Shown in pieces: positions 38,331-52,449 of a stretch of 64,000 bases of DNA. The stretch covers positions 62,001-126,000 of the forward strand of contig MU619307.1 in NCBI GenBank assembly GCA_025201805.1, read 5' to 3'. The position numbers were made by a program, and so were the translations under genes. How positions within the stretch are numbered: the first letter of the stretch is position 1; every line of letters starts with the position of its first letter. The notes beneath the pieces are model-generated. The model saw only the letters and a list, made by a program, of their open reading frames with translations. It made no database searches and was not told the DNA's origin. This DNA is from Parasitella parasitica NRRL 2501 (taxonomy: Eukaryota > Fungi > Mucoromycota).

Positions 38331-39060
38331 TTGAAACCTAGTTTATTAAAATCTTATGCTTCTTGGCTTTCTAATGGTAGTACTCGCATGTCTGTACCTG
38401 GCCTGACGACTTCACGCTCCGATTTTGAAAAACATCTTTCCGAAAAAAAGTCAGAAAAGTCGTTACCTTCATCTGATGTCAACTTTAAAAGTACAAAAAC
38501 TTGCTCTAAGCAATGCAAATATGTGATCAAAAGATGTCTTATAGTCTAATGTATTACTTTTTATTACTAGTTTTTGTGTTTGAAACCGCTAAACATTGTT
38601 TTCTTACAGTTTTGTCTTTTTTCTGACAGTAACACACTGAAGTTCGTGTAGACCAAAAAAAAAACAGGCACCTGAAATCTACGCTGGTTTTGCAAAGATA
38701 CACACTTTTGAAGCATTCTTATATTGCGGAAAAAGATAGCACAGGTTTGACCAACTGTTCTACTGTGCAACTGGATATAGAAGACCCAGCTTGGTATTTG
38801 TCTGACAAGACCTTCCACACTAGAAAATGCCATGGAAAAGGAAACAATTTGCCACAAGGATAGCACATCCATTCATAAAAAAATATCTGTTTAGAAATTT
38901 ATGAAATCCCAAGGACATAAATGTGTTTATCTTCAACCTTGCTCTCCGTTTCTGGATCCAATTAAAAGTTTTTGATACAAAGTTAACAGACACACTTACA
39001 CCCAGAATCACAGATGTTTGTCAATAGACAACCGCAAACTTTTTGAAAGACCAACTTGAA
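38331..39060 (+). pseudogene. Decayed Tc1/IS630-family transposase relic
   Basis: Translation with stops at about 38850-38985: KDSTSIHKKISV*KFMKSQGHKCVYLQPCSPFLDPIKSF*YKV, matching the MDNAxIH...GHxxxYLPPYSPFLNPIEEFWSKVK pattern; upstream VPGLTTSRSDFEKHLSEK resembles the HTH region. Confidence 0.7.
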
Positions 39061-39855
39061 CTTTAAGAACTTAAATGATATGATTTAAATAGCTTATTTC
39101 ACAACACATTCTCTTTGTATTTTCACTATGAATGAAACAAAGCAATCACTCTTTTTCTTTATGGAAATCCCCACTTGGAATCTTTTTAGGGAGACATTTC
39201 TCTTCTCCCAGAAACTTCTTAGCTTTTATCAGAGATAAAAGATTTGTTACCAGAAACCTTAATATATATTATCACAATCACCGTTAACTTCATCATTTAC
39301 TTAAACTTTTTTTTTCAGACACTGCAAAATGACAGTAGGTTTGGTGTTACAAGTGCAAATACAACAAAATTCGCTTTTCCCACTTACGTATGAGCCATAA
39401 ATAACAATTATCAGTTCCAATACAAAAACCATGCAAACAAGTGAACTTTCTCTTTGCGTGGTGTTGTAGGTTAGCTTCTTTCTGTCTCAATGCTGCCTCA
39501 CCCAAAAACTACGAAACAAAATGTTGCATCAATAGGTATTCATTATATCATGAGGCTAATCTTTTCGCCCAGCATGACAACAGAAAACTGTTATCCATGA
39601 AAATTGTTAATAAAGGTTTGGTAACCACACCTTCAATGGAAGTCAACTAGGTACCGTATACAGTAGCTTGATGGTTCCTGTAGACGACTACATCAAGATG
39701 TCACATTCAGTGACGTTTGCTTTTTTTTTTTTCACTTCAAAAACCTTCACGCGTCTTTTTACAAACAATATCCTTTTCGTACGTGTGTCATTTCACTGAT
39801 ATAAAAGCAACTCTTTGATTACTTGTGAAATTACAACTGATTTTATTACTTAAGC

Positions 39856-42800
39856 ATGGCACAAAGCGAACCAAACGAAAAGTTTGCAGGGTAAAGTAAT
39901 CAATCACGAAGGGACATCAAGATGACACAGTTAACGAATTTTCATCTAGAACTTATCGTAAACTCTTTGACACCATAGAAAGAGGTTCTGAACAATGCTC
40001 TACTGATAGACTTCAAACCCTTTTAGAGGAGAAAAAGGATCAATTCAAACTGGGATTAGAAGCTTTCAGCGAGCCTTCTGCTCAAGCACGCTCAAAAATC
40101 ACCAGCCTTACTGCAGGCACAAGTCTCGCTGTAGATGGAAAGTCAATCAAACTGGGTCAAAATGAGAAAGATCTTGTGTTAAAGCTATCAGAAATACTGA
40201 AATTGAATGAGCTACAGTGTGCATTGGTCTGGGATACCTACAAACAAGCCAGCAAAATCGACGTCGGTGAGACGACAGAAACGCCATTGTGCGAGGATAT
40301 TCAGTTGATGATGAATGTGATCAACTGTTACTTTGAGGATCGTCTCTCGCTTTTAGGATGCATTAGTTCTCTAAAGAGGATTGCAATCGATCAAGGCCAT
40401 CCTTATACAAGCATCGCCAACGACACAGTCAACAAATTGCACCAGGATGAGAATAATAACACGTATATCGAGCAACTTTTTTCACAGTATGCCAAATTGA
40501 TTCGTAGCAATGCTCCTAGTCGTGCTCAATTATTCAACGGTTGGTCGCTTATTTGGGCCAAGCAGAATTTAAAGGAACAACGGGCCTTGTTGGAAATCAT
40601 ATTTCTTTTCACCCTGACAGAGCCTGCAACACCCACACTCATTTTTTCGATTATTCAAGAATTTGAAGCCGATTGTTTTGGATACTATCAAGCTTTCAGC
40701 TATGTATTGGATGAAGAGGGTATACAGTTACGCCAAAAAGTGATCCATATCTGCATGCTATTATCCGCCAATATCATTGTTCCATCATATCTCACAGTGG
40801 GCACTAAATTGGAGGCTTCAATTGCAGAACAATCCTTATTGAACTCGCCTGATTACATTGTAAAAATCAATCAGATTGCCTGTTTCATGGGTGATAGACC
40901 GGAGCAATCTGTCTTCTTGATGGCCTGGTCATTTTTCCTTACTTGTGTTGATTCAATTATAAATGACGAGGATGCAACAGCACCAGCCAGTTATATTCAA
41001 CTCATTAGCCCTATTCTTGAAGGAAAGCAAATGATATCACCCACATTTTTGATCGACAGACCTTTGAGCAGTAGCTCAGTATGTGCTGATACAAACAGCA
41101 GAGTCATCCTCATCAACCAAAGTGCACATTTAGATCGAATTTACCTGGGACGTTCATTGAAACTGAGCGTATTTACTGTGATCATTGGAGCTTTGGAAAG
41201 TGAGATATGCAGCGAAGAAGATGTGAATAATGCCGGATATAGATCAGTGCTGAGGACTTTACTCAACTCTTTCTTGTCCGTCACTCGCCCAAATTATATA
41301 CCTATCGACAGCTACACAACCTTGATCAACTGCTATCACTTGATCTATAAAAATCAACCTGCTCTTTGCAATGCATTTTGGACCAAAGATTTCGATTCAG
41401 AAAACGCTTTTTCATTACTTGCAACAGCCCGCAGTAGATTTCCTGTATTCTTTACAGACTTTTTACAATTACTGTCAGCATTGACAGGTGCGCCTACGGA
41501 AAGCAGTAGCGACTCAGACGGAACTTCAGCAAAGAATGTGTTTGACTATCTTTGTAACATCCCAGCTATGACAGTTATCATGTCACCAGATGTAAATATC
41601 ACAGCTTCTGACGAGAATAACGAAGTGGTAATTTATGCTGATCGAGCAATTCGAGTTACCGAGGAATTGGATTCGATTGCGAGCATTACGATTCCAGAAG
41701 GGAGCCGAGGATTACTTCTCAACAAGGCAGAGGATGAGCGTGTGGTTCAATATGCATGGCAGTACTCAGGATGGCATCTTTTGACGTCTGTCTTGGCTGG
41801 TTTTGTGACAAACATTTCATCTAAATCAACAGATGTATTAGATGGCGAGAAAATCTTGGCAGGAAAGAATGTGGATGCCATTGTCAGTGTACTCGAGTTA
41901 TTCCACAGCGTTTTGATCAGCAACCCCAAGCTAGCACCTACGTTGGTTCAACATATCGATACTGTAGCTAGTCAAGGCTCCACGACATCCGTTTTCATTT
42001 CGCTACTTTGCAGTATCGTCAGCACCAGCAGCACGACCAAACCCTGCCCCATCCCCGTTTTGACATTGGCTACCAAGTGCATGACGTTGCTAATACCCTT
42101 TTATCGCAACGACATTTGGGCCTATCTCAAAAATACTCCCATTTTACCTACTACCAACACCAGTTTTCACACGGGCCTTTCCTCCTATTCAACCAAAGTA
42201 GCTACAAATGCACAGATTCAAGAGATTGTTTCCAAGGTGGAGTGTCCTGCTGGAGAGTATACGCTGCTTTTAGCTTTTTTGGACCTAGTTCAATGTCTTG
42301 TGCAAGATGTTCAACGTTGTTGGTGGGTAAATGAACATCCTCAAGATAAATATCGCATTGAAATTCTCTACGTTTGTCTGCATTACCTCATGTCTGATGT
42401 GTTCCCTTCGTACTCTCAATGGCGTTATAAAAAGGTTGCCGAACGCTACTTGATTGGTATCAAGGTACTCAATATTTTCACTGATGTTGTAAATGGATTC
42501 AAGGAGCCTTGCAGCTCAAGCAGTGACAAGCTATCGTTAAATGGCATCCGTGAAGGAATCTTTAGCAACTTTTTATATGATGGTGTTGCCTACCACATCT
42601 CTCCTTTGGTGGATGTGATTGGCGAAGGTGCCAGAATCGCAGATACATTCTACAACTTGGGTCTACCTAAAGAAGCTGAACGTGTTGAGAAATTGACTGA
42701 AATGACTTTTATTTTTGTTAAAACTCTGCTGCAGCACCGATTAGAACAAATCGAACAGGGCATTCCCTTGGCTGATACCACTCTAGAGCGCTTGTTGTTG

Positions 42801-45800
42801 GAACGCACACCAAACAGCACGTCATCAGACTTCTTGCTTCGCGTTGCGAGACATATTAATTATCGCCATAACATTAGTTTGCCAATTCAAGCCACTAATG
42901 TATTGACTTTACTATGTCGCACCACTTCTGCTTGGAAAACTGCCCCCAACTTTGTCCAATACCTTGGTAGCACGGCTCAAGCCCATGTCATTATTCGCAC
43001 TTATCTTAGTATTGCCAAAGACCAATTTCAAAATCAAGTATTGCTAACATGTATCTGGCAGTTGCTGACTGTATTGATGGAGACTCAACCTACTTTGGCT
43101 ATTCTTTTCCTGGACTGTGGCGATTTCATCATGCCTAGCCCCAAATCTGCTGTTCGGGTCTTACCTGGCCAGCCGCAGCCTGCAAGCACGACACCCCAAT
43201 CGCCTCAATCAACTGAATCTGCTATCCGTGCTGCAACTGACATCCTTGGATTCTGGGAAACGCTCTCTGTTGAAAAGCCAACTGTTGTGTCCAATGTGTT
43301 GCATTTCCTCGCCACCTTTTGGCAGACTGCTTTTGACCATTACGCTCTTGTTGAACGTGCTCGTGTTGATAATACTCTTTGGGATGGTCTTGGTAAAGTA
43401 CTGTTGAATCCTACTGCTGATATCGACGCCACCAGCCGTGAAGTACAATCGCTGGACTTGCTGGATACTGAAAATAGCGAGGCGCGTCATGATACCAATG
43501 TGCGTCGTATCTGCTGTCTAAATTTGAGCAAGGCGTATGTGATGCGTATCATTGCTTATGAAATCCATCTGTCTGCAGGTAATATCCAGAGTCAGGCCTC
43601 TGCTGTGGCTGATAAACTTCCTGTGGGCCTCAAGCATTTGCTGAGCAAGATCAGCGAATCTTCTAAACTTGTTTCCATGCGCGATAGCATTGTCAAGAAC
43701 GATTTTAACCCAAGTATCGTTCGCGAAGTTGAAACGTCTGCAAAAGCACTGTTGGAAACAATTGGTGCTCAATCTGTAAATGCACTGTTGCTCAAAGTTC
43801 CTCGAGTCGGATCTGGCGATGAAGGTGCCCCTGGTGAGATGCGTCAATATGGCGATTCTTTCTTGTACGATTACCGTATGGCTAGTAATAGAGTCTACAC
43901 ATTATACAAGGACATTGTGTCAAAGTATGACTTTATCAACCAAGAGAACTTGATCATCACGCCTGAAATTCAAGCCGTACTTAGCCTCAAGCAGTACGCT
44001 AATGGTTTTCTTCAAACTCTTCTGCTTGTCAATTATAATAGCTCCATCGTCGACTCTCAAATTATCTTGTTGCGCGCTTTCAAGTCCTTTATTGAAACTG
44101 CTTCGCGCCGTGCTACTGATTTGCTTTGGGCCAACAAGACAGGTACATCTGGATCTGACTCGCTTTACTCCTTCTTGAAAGGCCTGGTTGAAAATGCTCA
44201 AAATGAAACTCGCGATGACGGTGTTACGCTTACATCTTATAGCATCTTGGTTCATTTCATCCGTAGCTTGACTGAAGATTGGATCGGCAAGAACAGTGAT
44301 ACTGTGACAGGAAACAACATTGCTGCCCAAAAGGTGTACTCTAGCAAGACATTTGAAATCCTCTCGGGTCTCTGTAATCTGGTAAATCGTGAAAACTATG
44401 CTCTCTCTAATAGCATCCGTGGTTATACAGCTATTAGTTTCCATCGCCCTTTGCTGGAAACCATAAAGCTTTCTGTTCGAACTCTTCGTGGCACAATGTG
44501 TCATTTTACACCCCTTTCCTTTGAACATATGCAGTTTCAGAATTGTTACACAACTCTCTTGACTGTGATCTGCTCTAGTTTTAGCGTGTTGTCCACCAAA
44601 GCTATCTCCTATAGCGCCGAGGGGTCTCTTGCGAGCGAAGAACAAATTGAAAACTGCATCAAGGATGTCACTGTGGTAATTTCGCAATTGCAAGAGTTGA
44701 TTAATGCCAAGTATAGCATGCCCCAAGATATCTGGATTGATGCTTTTGAAGAACATCAAACTATTCCTTTGTTATTGTCACTTTTATATTCTGGTATTGA
44801 GGTGCTTGTAAAGGAAGTTGAAAGGTACGGCTCTAGATCTATATACCAACTAGTTTGTCATATTCACACGATTAACCATCCACCTTGTAGTCAATGTCAA
44901 AACCTCAATAGTGCTCACAACATTAGCATTACACCTTACGCAGAAACAGTATTATACTTTTTATTGGCGCTGTCTAATATACCAAAAGCAGCAAAGAAGC
45001 TTGTAAAACACAACATCTTTGGCCTTTTAAGCAACAACAAATTAACACCATGTTGGCAGCAAGGAAAATTGGACATGTATATTCGATTTGGAGATGGCAG
45101 CAAGAATGGACCCAATTACGCTGAGCGTAACCCTCTTCATTCTATTTGGTGTCAAACACTAGGTGTGATCAATAACCTGATGTGCCATGTTGGCAGCGAA
45201 GAAATGGTGCTTCATTGCACAGTCAATCTAATGCAAATGTATGGTCCACAAATCGGCACAGCCTTCAACAATGCCAATGGGGCCAACGACACTTTTCTCG
45301 GTTTGTCAGCCTCGGAATCGCTTTCTACGCCTTTATTGGAGGAAATTGATCGTATCAACATGCTCTTTTTCAGGGTATCACAGCATTTGGATAGACTACC
45401 TAACATTGCGACCAACTTGTTTGTGTCTTATAAAAACTGCTCTTTATTCTTACTTCAACGCTATCTTTATTTCTACACTCATCCTTCGCACATGCAAGCT
45501 CAACTTTACCCAACAGATAATATAGAACGTCAGCAAGCACAAACATTCCTCACGTCAAAGTCAACTACAGCATCGAGCAGCGAACACGAAGAAGGCGTGA
45601 AGCCGCAAATCAGCGAGTTGATGCAAAAGACTATCAAATTTACTTTGAATATTACACACCACATGCTTACAACGCTGGTTGCATTGACAGATACAGATGT
45701 CATCTTGACTAGACCTGATGTAGACTGGCCATTTGGAAATGCAATTATTTACCCCGATATGCGTGTTACCAATGGCGAATCGTCGTCATTTGGTACCTTG

Positions 45801-46130
45801 ATTGCATTCATGAATGTGTGTATTCTCATGCTGGGGCAATGGCAAGATATCAAAGGATCTCCTCACAAGCAACTACTGGATGTCATTCAAGATTGTGCTG
45901 TTTTATTAACAACTCAAGCGGTTCTCTGGATCGCTAAACCTGATATCAAAGACGAAACTAGAAATGAAATCGCCCAGGAAATCATCCTGGATATCACTGA
46001 AGTCTTGAGCAAATCCATAGCTTCCTTGACCAAATTAGAAACAGCTCTCAAGGACCAGAAAATTAAGGATAAAATCAATATCATTAGCTATTTGCAACAA
46101 GTCCTGGGAAAACGTTTTTTTACAGAATAA
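39856..46130 (+). CDS. NUP188: Large scaffold nucleoporin, most likely Nup188
   Basis: About 2050-aa all-helical protein with YFEDRLSLL, ARSRFP, VFPSYSQWRY and ERNPLHSIWCQTL. Short exon 1 (39856-39890); probable 66-nt in-frame intron 44825-44890. Confidence 0.75.
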
Positions 46131-46405
46131 CTCTCTTACTCTTCTCCTCCTCCTCCCCCCCCCCCCTTCTCCTCCTCCTTCTCCCACACGCTCAATAAAT
46201 CGCTGTTCACAACTAAATACACCCATCCCATTAATAAAAACAATGAAATTTATATACATAAATATATATACCAAAAGAAGGCAATAATATAGATCAAGAC
46301 CATTTGAATACGTAAAGCGAATTGTGATCTTTTAACCAGCCGACCAATGTTTATTAATTTCGTAGTATTATGAGGAGATTAAGAGTAAGTATACACATGT
46401 CATTT

Positions 46406-47676
46406 TTATTTTTTACCGAAAAAGCTTGTAATTTTGCGAGATTTTAATCCATCAAGAGTTTCTTTAGCACTTTTTTTTCTCTTTTTTTTAGTATGAGATG
46501 GCGGTTTATCAATTGCTTTGGGTGAAGGTGGCTAAAGTCATAGCTTTTAGTTACTTTTATGCTATACCAAGCGAATGAGCCTACCTCTTTGTAAATAGCG
46601 GTTTCTCTTTTTTCTTTATTGATGGACACTTTTTTGCTCATCTCATCCTCCGGATCTACAGGCTTCAGAAAGTGGGATATGCTTGACTTTTGTTCATCCA
46701 GCGGTATTATCAACGCTGGAGTGTCGTTTTTGGTGGGTCCAACTTTTGGTGATACCTGGAAGCTTTATACATAAAGGTCATTCACATCATGCAAACATTT
46801 GCAATACCCTGGGGGATATATACTCACCAATCCAGCTCATCTGGGAAAGGTTTCAATAAATTTATGACGGTTGGAGACCAAAGAATACTGCTGTTTATCC
46901 AAACATTGACATCACTTGGCTCCAAGATGACAGGCATACGACGGTGAATCTTTGTAAAAAACGTAGAAGCAGTAGTCGTAATGATTGTACAGGTAGCGAC
47001 AGTTTGCGCTATTAGCGTCTATGTATCAATCCCTTTTATAGATGGTTAACGATATGATTTTTACTTACAATCAATAGTAGCAATACTGTAAAGTCCTGCA
47101 AAAATCATCATTTTGCCATCCCTTCTTTTGATATAAAAAGCCTGCTTTTTTTTGTTCCATTCGAAGAAGCTGAAGATGAACTGTTAATCATGCATGTTGG
47201 AATTGATATATTTTATTTACCCTTCTGCGGCGATTATGCAGCGATGGACATTCTTTGATTTATCAAACATACTTTTCTCTTCAATCAATGTTTCAAGACG
47301 AGCGTTAATGGGCTACAACGACAATGAGCAACTGCAGGTGTCAAAAATTTGCATGAATGTTTTTACCTTGCTGTAGGGAGCGTCATTTAGCCAAGAGGGG
47401 ATGAATCCCCATTGCTACACAATGAAAACAATTGACATCAATTAAATAGTGAATAATTTTACAAGCCTATTATATGCATACCATAGATTGAATGATTTTT
47501 TGATTCTGACTCTTTTCTAATACTGTGGGGATATATCGAGTAGGGCAGACATTATAACTAGGTCTATGGGCGTCTTGGTCAACCCATTCAGTATTTGGAT
47601 TTGGTAGTACGTTTTCTTGATATAGTTCATTTCTAATATCATCCGCACTGAGTGAGCAACAAAAACGGCCACACAT
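46406..47676 (-). CDS. SRAP-domain abasic-site protection protein (HMCES/YedK/DUF159 family); multi-exon
   Basis: MCGRF N-terminus, PSYNVCPT, QWGFIPSW, PINARLET, RCIIAAEG|FFEW, IHRRMPVIL; final exon ends SRKITSFFGKK*. Confidence 0.92.
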
Positions 47677-48010
47677 CTCAAATATGTAAGTTATGGTTTA
47701 GAAAAAAAAGTAGAAACTCTTTTTGGAAGAAAAAGAGTGCTTCTAGATTGTATTTAAAGTCCTAAAAGCGTGCCTATGTTATAGAGGGGAAGATGCGAAA
47801 AAGGCTGACTACAGTGTAGGATTTAGCTATATCTCAACAGAGGGAATGAAGAGAGCAACCAATATCTGGAAGAACAGCTTTTGGGAGTACAAGAAATGTG
47901 ATTGAAGGCTTCGCTCACGATGAGAATTGCCCTCTTTGAAGGTTCGTCGCTTTTTTTTTCAACAAATATTGATATGGTACAGCTTTATTCAAGGTCGAAT
48001 TCTACAGTCT

Positions 48011-49876
48011 TTAAACGCCTTGAACTACTTCAGGCCAAGTTTGACGAATCTATGAAGTCATGAGTTTAGTACAAGAGAAAAAAAATAAAAAAGGTGGAAA
48101 AAAAACACGCATCAGACTTACAGCTTCGAATAATTCTGGATTGACCCTACAATACAACAATAGTCAATGAATAAACAAAATATCTCTGAAAGAATACGGG
48201 TTATGATAGTTACCTCCTTAAGGCATCTGGGTCCTCTGCTAAACACACAAAGGTAGTTATTACACCGCTGGAAATAACCGTTGAAATAGCAGAAAACATG
48301 GACATGCCAATAATGAAACAAACCAACATAACGATAGGAGTCATACTGCCCGTAGCATTGTAGGCAGGCTTAGCAACAAGCAAGTACAAGTAGCCTAGCA
48401 AGGATGACAATACACCAACCAACAATGTGCCCATAAACAAGACATTGCCAATCAAATTATCATTGATCAATGCTTCCACACCACGATCCTGAATAATGGA
48501 CCATGTACGTTTGGCAGTAGGGACAAATCCTTGGCCGTAGATAGCAACACCACTGAACGCATACTGATTAAACCATTCCTATCATGACATTATAATATTA
48601 GCTGCCGAATTGCCATTTAAGTGGTCGTCTGCGAAGTAAACTCACAAATAGTCCCTGAATGCAGCTAATGATGCAATCTAAAATACACAATACAAATCCA
48701 AGCAGTTCATTACCAGATCCAGATCTTGCGACTTGGATAAAGTAGCGAATGGTTTTGATGATAGCAATCAACAGGCCACCGAAACAAATCGAACCGAAAC
48801 TAGTGGTTAAAGCTCTCTTTGCGCTTCCCCAGATCGGATGGGATATCTGATTGTTTAAAAAGTAAACTGTAGCGAATACGCCAGCCAAGGTAACATGAGT
48901 TACATAGGCAATCACCTGCGTGGTCCAGTAGAATGAAAATACCAGAAACACCATCACAGCGTTTAGTTTCGAATTGCTACCAGTTGCGTTGTAATACACC
49001 TGATACACACCCACCACGGTCATCAGGAACCAAACAGAGTAGATGGTCTGAATGACAAGTGAACCGATGCCCCATACCATAGTACTCCAGTATTTACGAG
49101 TGATCGCAGTAATCGATTTCAGCATAACTAGATCGATAAAAAAAAGTCATTAGTAATTAACTAGTCGTTCGCATCATTAGTACTCACCAGTAGCAAATGG
49201 AATTCTACCCCGCCATAGCCAGAAACATAAAGCGTATAGCAGCGTAAAGATCAAAAAGATGATGGCAGCAGAATAATAATGCATATAAAAATAGTAAATG
49301 GAAACACCAAAGTAAACCAAAATGCTGCCAATAAAGGTAATCACTATCAAGGGACCAGGGAATCTACGTTATACGACCACATTAGCTATTTACTCTCTGC
49401 AACAGCAACAGCAAAAAAAAAACCTACATGTTGGCTACTAGCAAATACATGAAACTGAGCCCAAATCCAACAATGACAGAGAAACCAAAAACTTTGACTG
49501 TATCAGTGTCAAACGTAACACCTCCTCCCGTTTGAGGCGCTGTGCCTCCATACGATCCTTTGTTCTGTGAAAAACTGCGAAGACCAATGACGGACAATGC
49601 GATAAACGCAGCCATATTACAAAGCCAAAGAATGGTAGCCCAAACATCTTTGAATCCACTCGAAGGTCTGATCTTATCATTTGCATTCAATGGCTGCTCG
49701 CCTAACTCGGCATATCCTGCACTTTGATTGTATTGCTGCTGCTGTTGGGGAGCAGGAGGAGGGTAGTACTGAGGGGGCTGTGGATAGCCCTGAGGGGGAG
49801 AAGCGTATTGCTGAGGTGGGGGAGGGTATTGTTGTTGCATCGTTGGCTGCTGTGGGTATGGATTGTTGGGATCCAT
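48011..49876 (-). CDS. PNS1: Pns1 / choline-transporter-like (CTL, SLC44) membrane protein; multi-exon
   Basis: Pro/Gln-rich N-tail, FKDVWATILW, RIPFA, FSFYWTTQVI, RALTTSFGSICFGGL, WFNQYAF, EALINDNLIG, TTFVCLAEDP. Confidence 0.9.
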
Positions 49877-50003
49877 TTTACGAGTGAGTATAGCAAATGA
49901 GAAGAAAAAGGAACTATATTTAAAATCAAAGCCCAAAGTTTTTATACATGAAACGATTTTTTTTTTCTTCTACAACTATATACAAAATGTATTTTGTTTA
50001 ATA

Positions 50004-52449
50004 TTAACAAATTCCATCAAATGCAGTCTGGAATAGACTATCAAAATCTTGAAAGAATAAAGGGTTTCCTGTAGTAGTTACTACAGAGCCAGCACTGCCA
50101 CCTTCAGAAGTGTCAAACATTTGATTCTCATCGGTAAAAGGGACATGAGTGTAGCTAAACAAAGACAAAGAAGAAGGTGGCGCTGGTTGTGTAACTGGAG
50201 CCGAGCGGTGCATCACACCATCATTGTTGCGAGTGCTTTTAGCTGCTACGGGAATGCGGTTGGATCGCAAAAAGTCTTTTAGCTTCTTGTATATTGTTTT
50301 TGTGGATGACTGCTGCTCAGGAAGCCAGAATAAGGCGTGTTTGCTTATAGCATGCAATGCGCGTATCTGATCGTACATCTTTTGAGGATTGATGCTGAGC
50401 TGATACTGGGCAATAGTCATGTTGACGAGGGTTTCCAGGGCCAAAGACATGATTCCCAAAGGCAATAAAGCGTCATCTCCATTTTCGGCTTGAGTATTGG
50501 CTTCAGCATATAACTTGTTCTTGTCAATCTCCTTGAGAAACGTTTGTAATAACGTCTGTAAAGTAATGGTTGTAGGTAGCAAGTTTGCAATTCTTGCTGC
50601 TATTTTTACATCCTGGAGATTCAAGGGCGAAGCCACCTTTTGATAGCGCATGGGTGCAACGTTATTGCTGGCCTTGACAAAGCTGAAATGTATACAGTAC
50701 AAATAATAGGTTGTTTCTATCGAAAAGCGCTGTTGGGATGACCACTGATAGCTTTCTTGCGCGATAAAGTCTGAGAAATCGTTGAGAACGAGTTGGATTT
50801 TGCAATCAGTTTCACTGTTAAACCAAGCTGCTGATGCTGCTGCTGTGCCTAGTATCTGCAAGAGCATTTGATGATCATGAATGTGCTGCTTTTCCACTGT
50901 TGTTGGAGGCGGCGCTGGATATGTTTTACATCCAAATACATTGTATTCGGATTTCGGTAGACAGGAGAATAGCTTTGAGCTGAAATAGGTGATTACCATT
51001 TCTGTGTGGAATGTTTCTATGAGATACCCGGAGGATGGTGATTGATTGTCGTGTGCTAAATCGTATTGGTAGGATGCTGATGTTTCTTTGTTGGCGGGCG
51101 GGAATGGTTGACCATGAAACAGTAATGAATCCCTGAGGTACAGTCCCACTAAATAACGGTTAGTAGTGCACGTTGGCGGTAAACGCATGTACATTACATT
51201 CAATACACCCATATGCTGTAGATCGCAGTGCTGCCCAGTATGTAGTAACAAGCTGTTCTCTGTCAATGGGGTCGTAGTCCTCGATATCTCTGTGGCCACT
51301 TTCATGGCTGACATGATCGCTATCAATAACGCCATCAGTAATTTTGACGTTGTTGCTGAATATTCCCAAATCTGCAGCCATCATGTACGAAAGAGAGATT
51401 ATGGTCATCCCATGCTTGGGCAAGCCAAACAAGGTTTCAAAGATGCCCAAAATAACGGAAGCTTGATAGTTCCCCAGAGAAGAAGGCGATTTGGTACCCC
51501 TGACATCTCTTTGCTTGAAGAACCTCTCCATCAAGACATAGGCATAATTGAGGAAAGGGTTACGCTGCATATCCCAAAGCTTGTAAGCCCCGCCTCCTAC
51601 GGTTTGCTGACATGTGTATATAGAAATCCCATAAATGGTACACAGTAATAGAGGCTCTATAGAGTCATCCCAATAGGTTTGTAGCAACTTAGTCTTGTTG
51701 AGCAGGATATGATAAGGGTGTAGTTGAAAAAAGTAATTAATCAATTGAACGGCCTGTTCAGTGGGGATGGAGTTTAATGGCGAGCTGTTACTGTACTGGC
51801 TGTTGGTGTTAAAAAAAAAGACATTGACCTGCTCTTGTCTCATGAAGGCTGTAATCGTGAGCTCTGGGTCAAAGAAACTATCGATATTAAACAGCTGGCA
51901 GGTGCGTTTGATTGTTAGGTTCACCAAACTACTTGTTAGCCAAGTAAAGTGCTGGTGTAACGAGCTCAATTTGAAGTGAGGCGATAGCTGGAATCCTATT
52001 AAAGACTCTCGTAAATGATACCCACGAGCGATATAAAGTGAATATATTCTTTCAATATCTAATATCTGGTTATGGTACTTGATTAGATGTTGCGGCACTT
52101 GGAGCTTTTCTCGTATCAACACTTGCTGTCGCTCTGGAAGTGTTGAAGCTGGATAGACCGTAGATTGATTTTCAAAAATGAACTCACGGCATTGAATTGT
52201 ATCCTTCTCGTTCTTCTGCTGCGGTGTCGCTTGCGTTGAGGTTGAAGACACAACCAGATCGTTGTTCTTTTGGAATATTGCATTCTTAGGTGGTCGACCG
52301 TATGTCCTTGGCTTGGGATATATACAGAGATGCTCTCGAAAATTTCGGATACAGCGACTGCAATGTGGTTTCTCTCCATCGCATCTGGCTTTCTTGGTCC
52401 GGCATGGCAGGCAGCTTATCTTTCGTGGCTTCTTCTTTACATCAGCCAT
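50004..52449 (-). CDS. Zn(II)2Cys6 fungal transcription factor with middle-homology-like region; 2 exons
   Basis: SCLPCRTKKARCDGEKPHCSRCIRNFREHLCIY; LINYFFQLHPY...MAADLGIF...DREQLVTTYWA; an intron at about 51140-51196 joins the two ORF-track frames. Confidence 0.9.

Noticed and set aside
38470-38520. VNFKSTKTCSKQC resembling the TnpB/Fanzor 'DEYxTSKxCSxC' motif
   Set aside because: No RuvC I or III motifs nearby, the catalytic Glu is absent, and the downstream sequence reads as a Tc1 DDE relic.
43920-44759. 279-aa antisense ORF within the nucleoporin gene (and similar antisense ORFs in the kinesin, PHO87-like and DUF genes)
   Set aside because: No motifs; expected by-product of codon usage on the coding strand.
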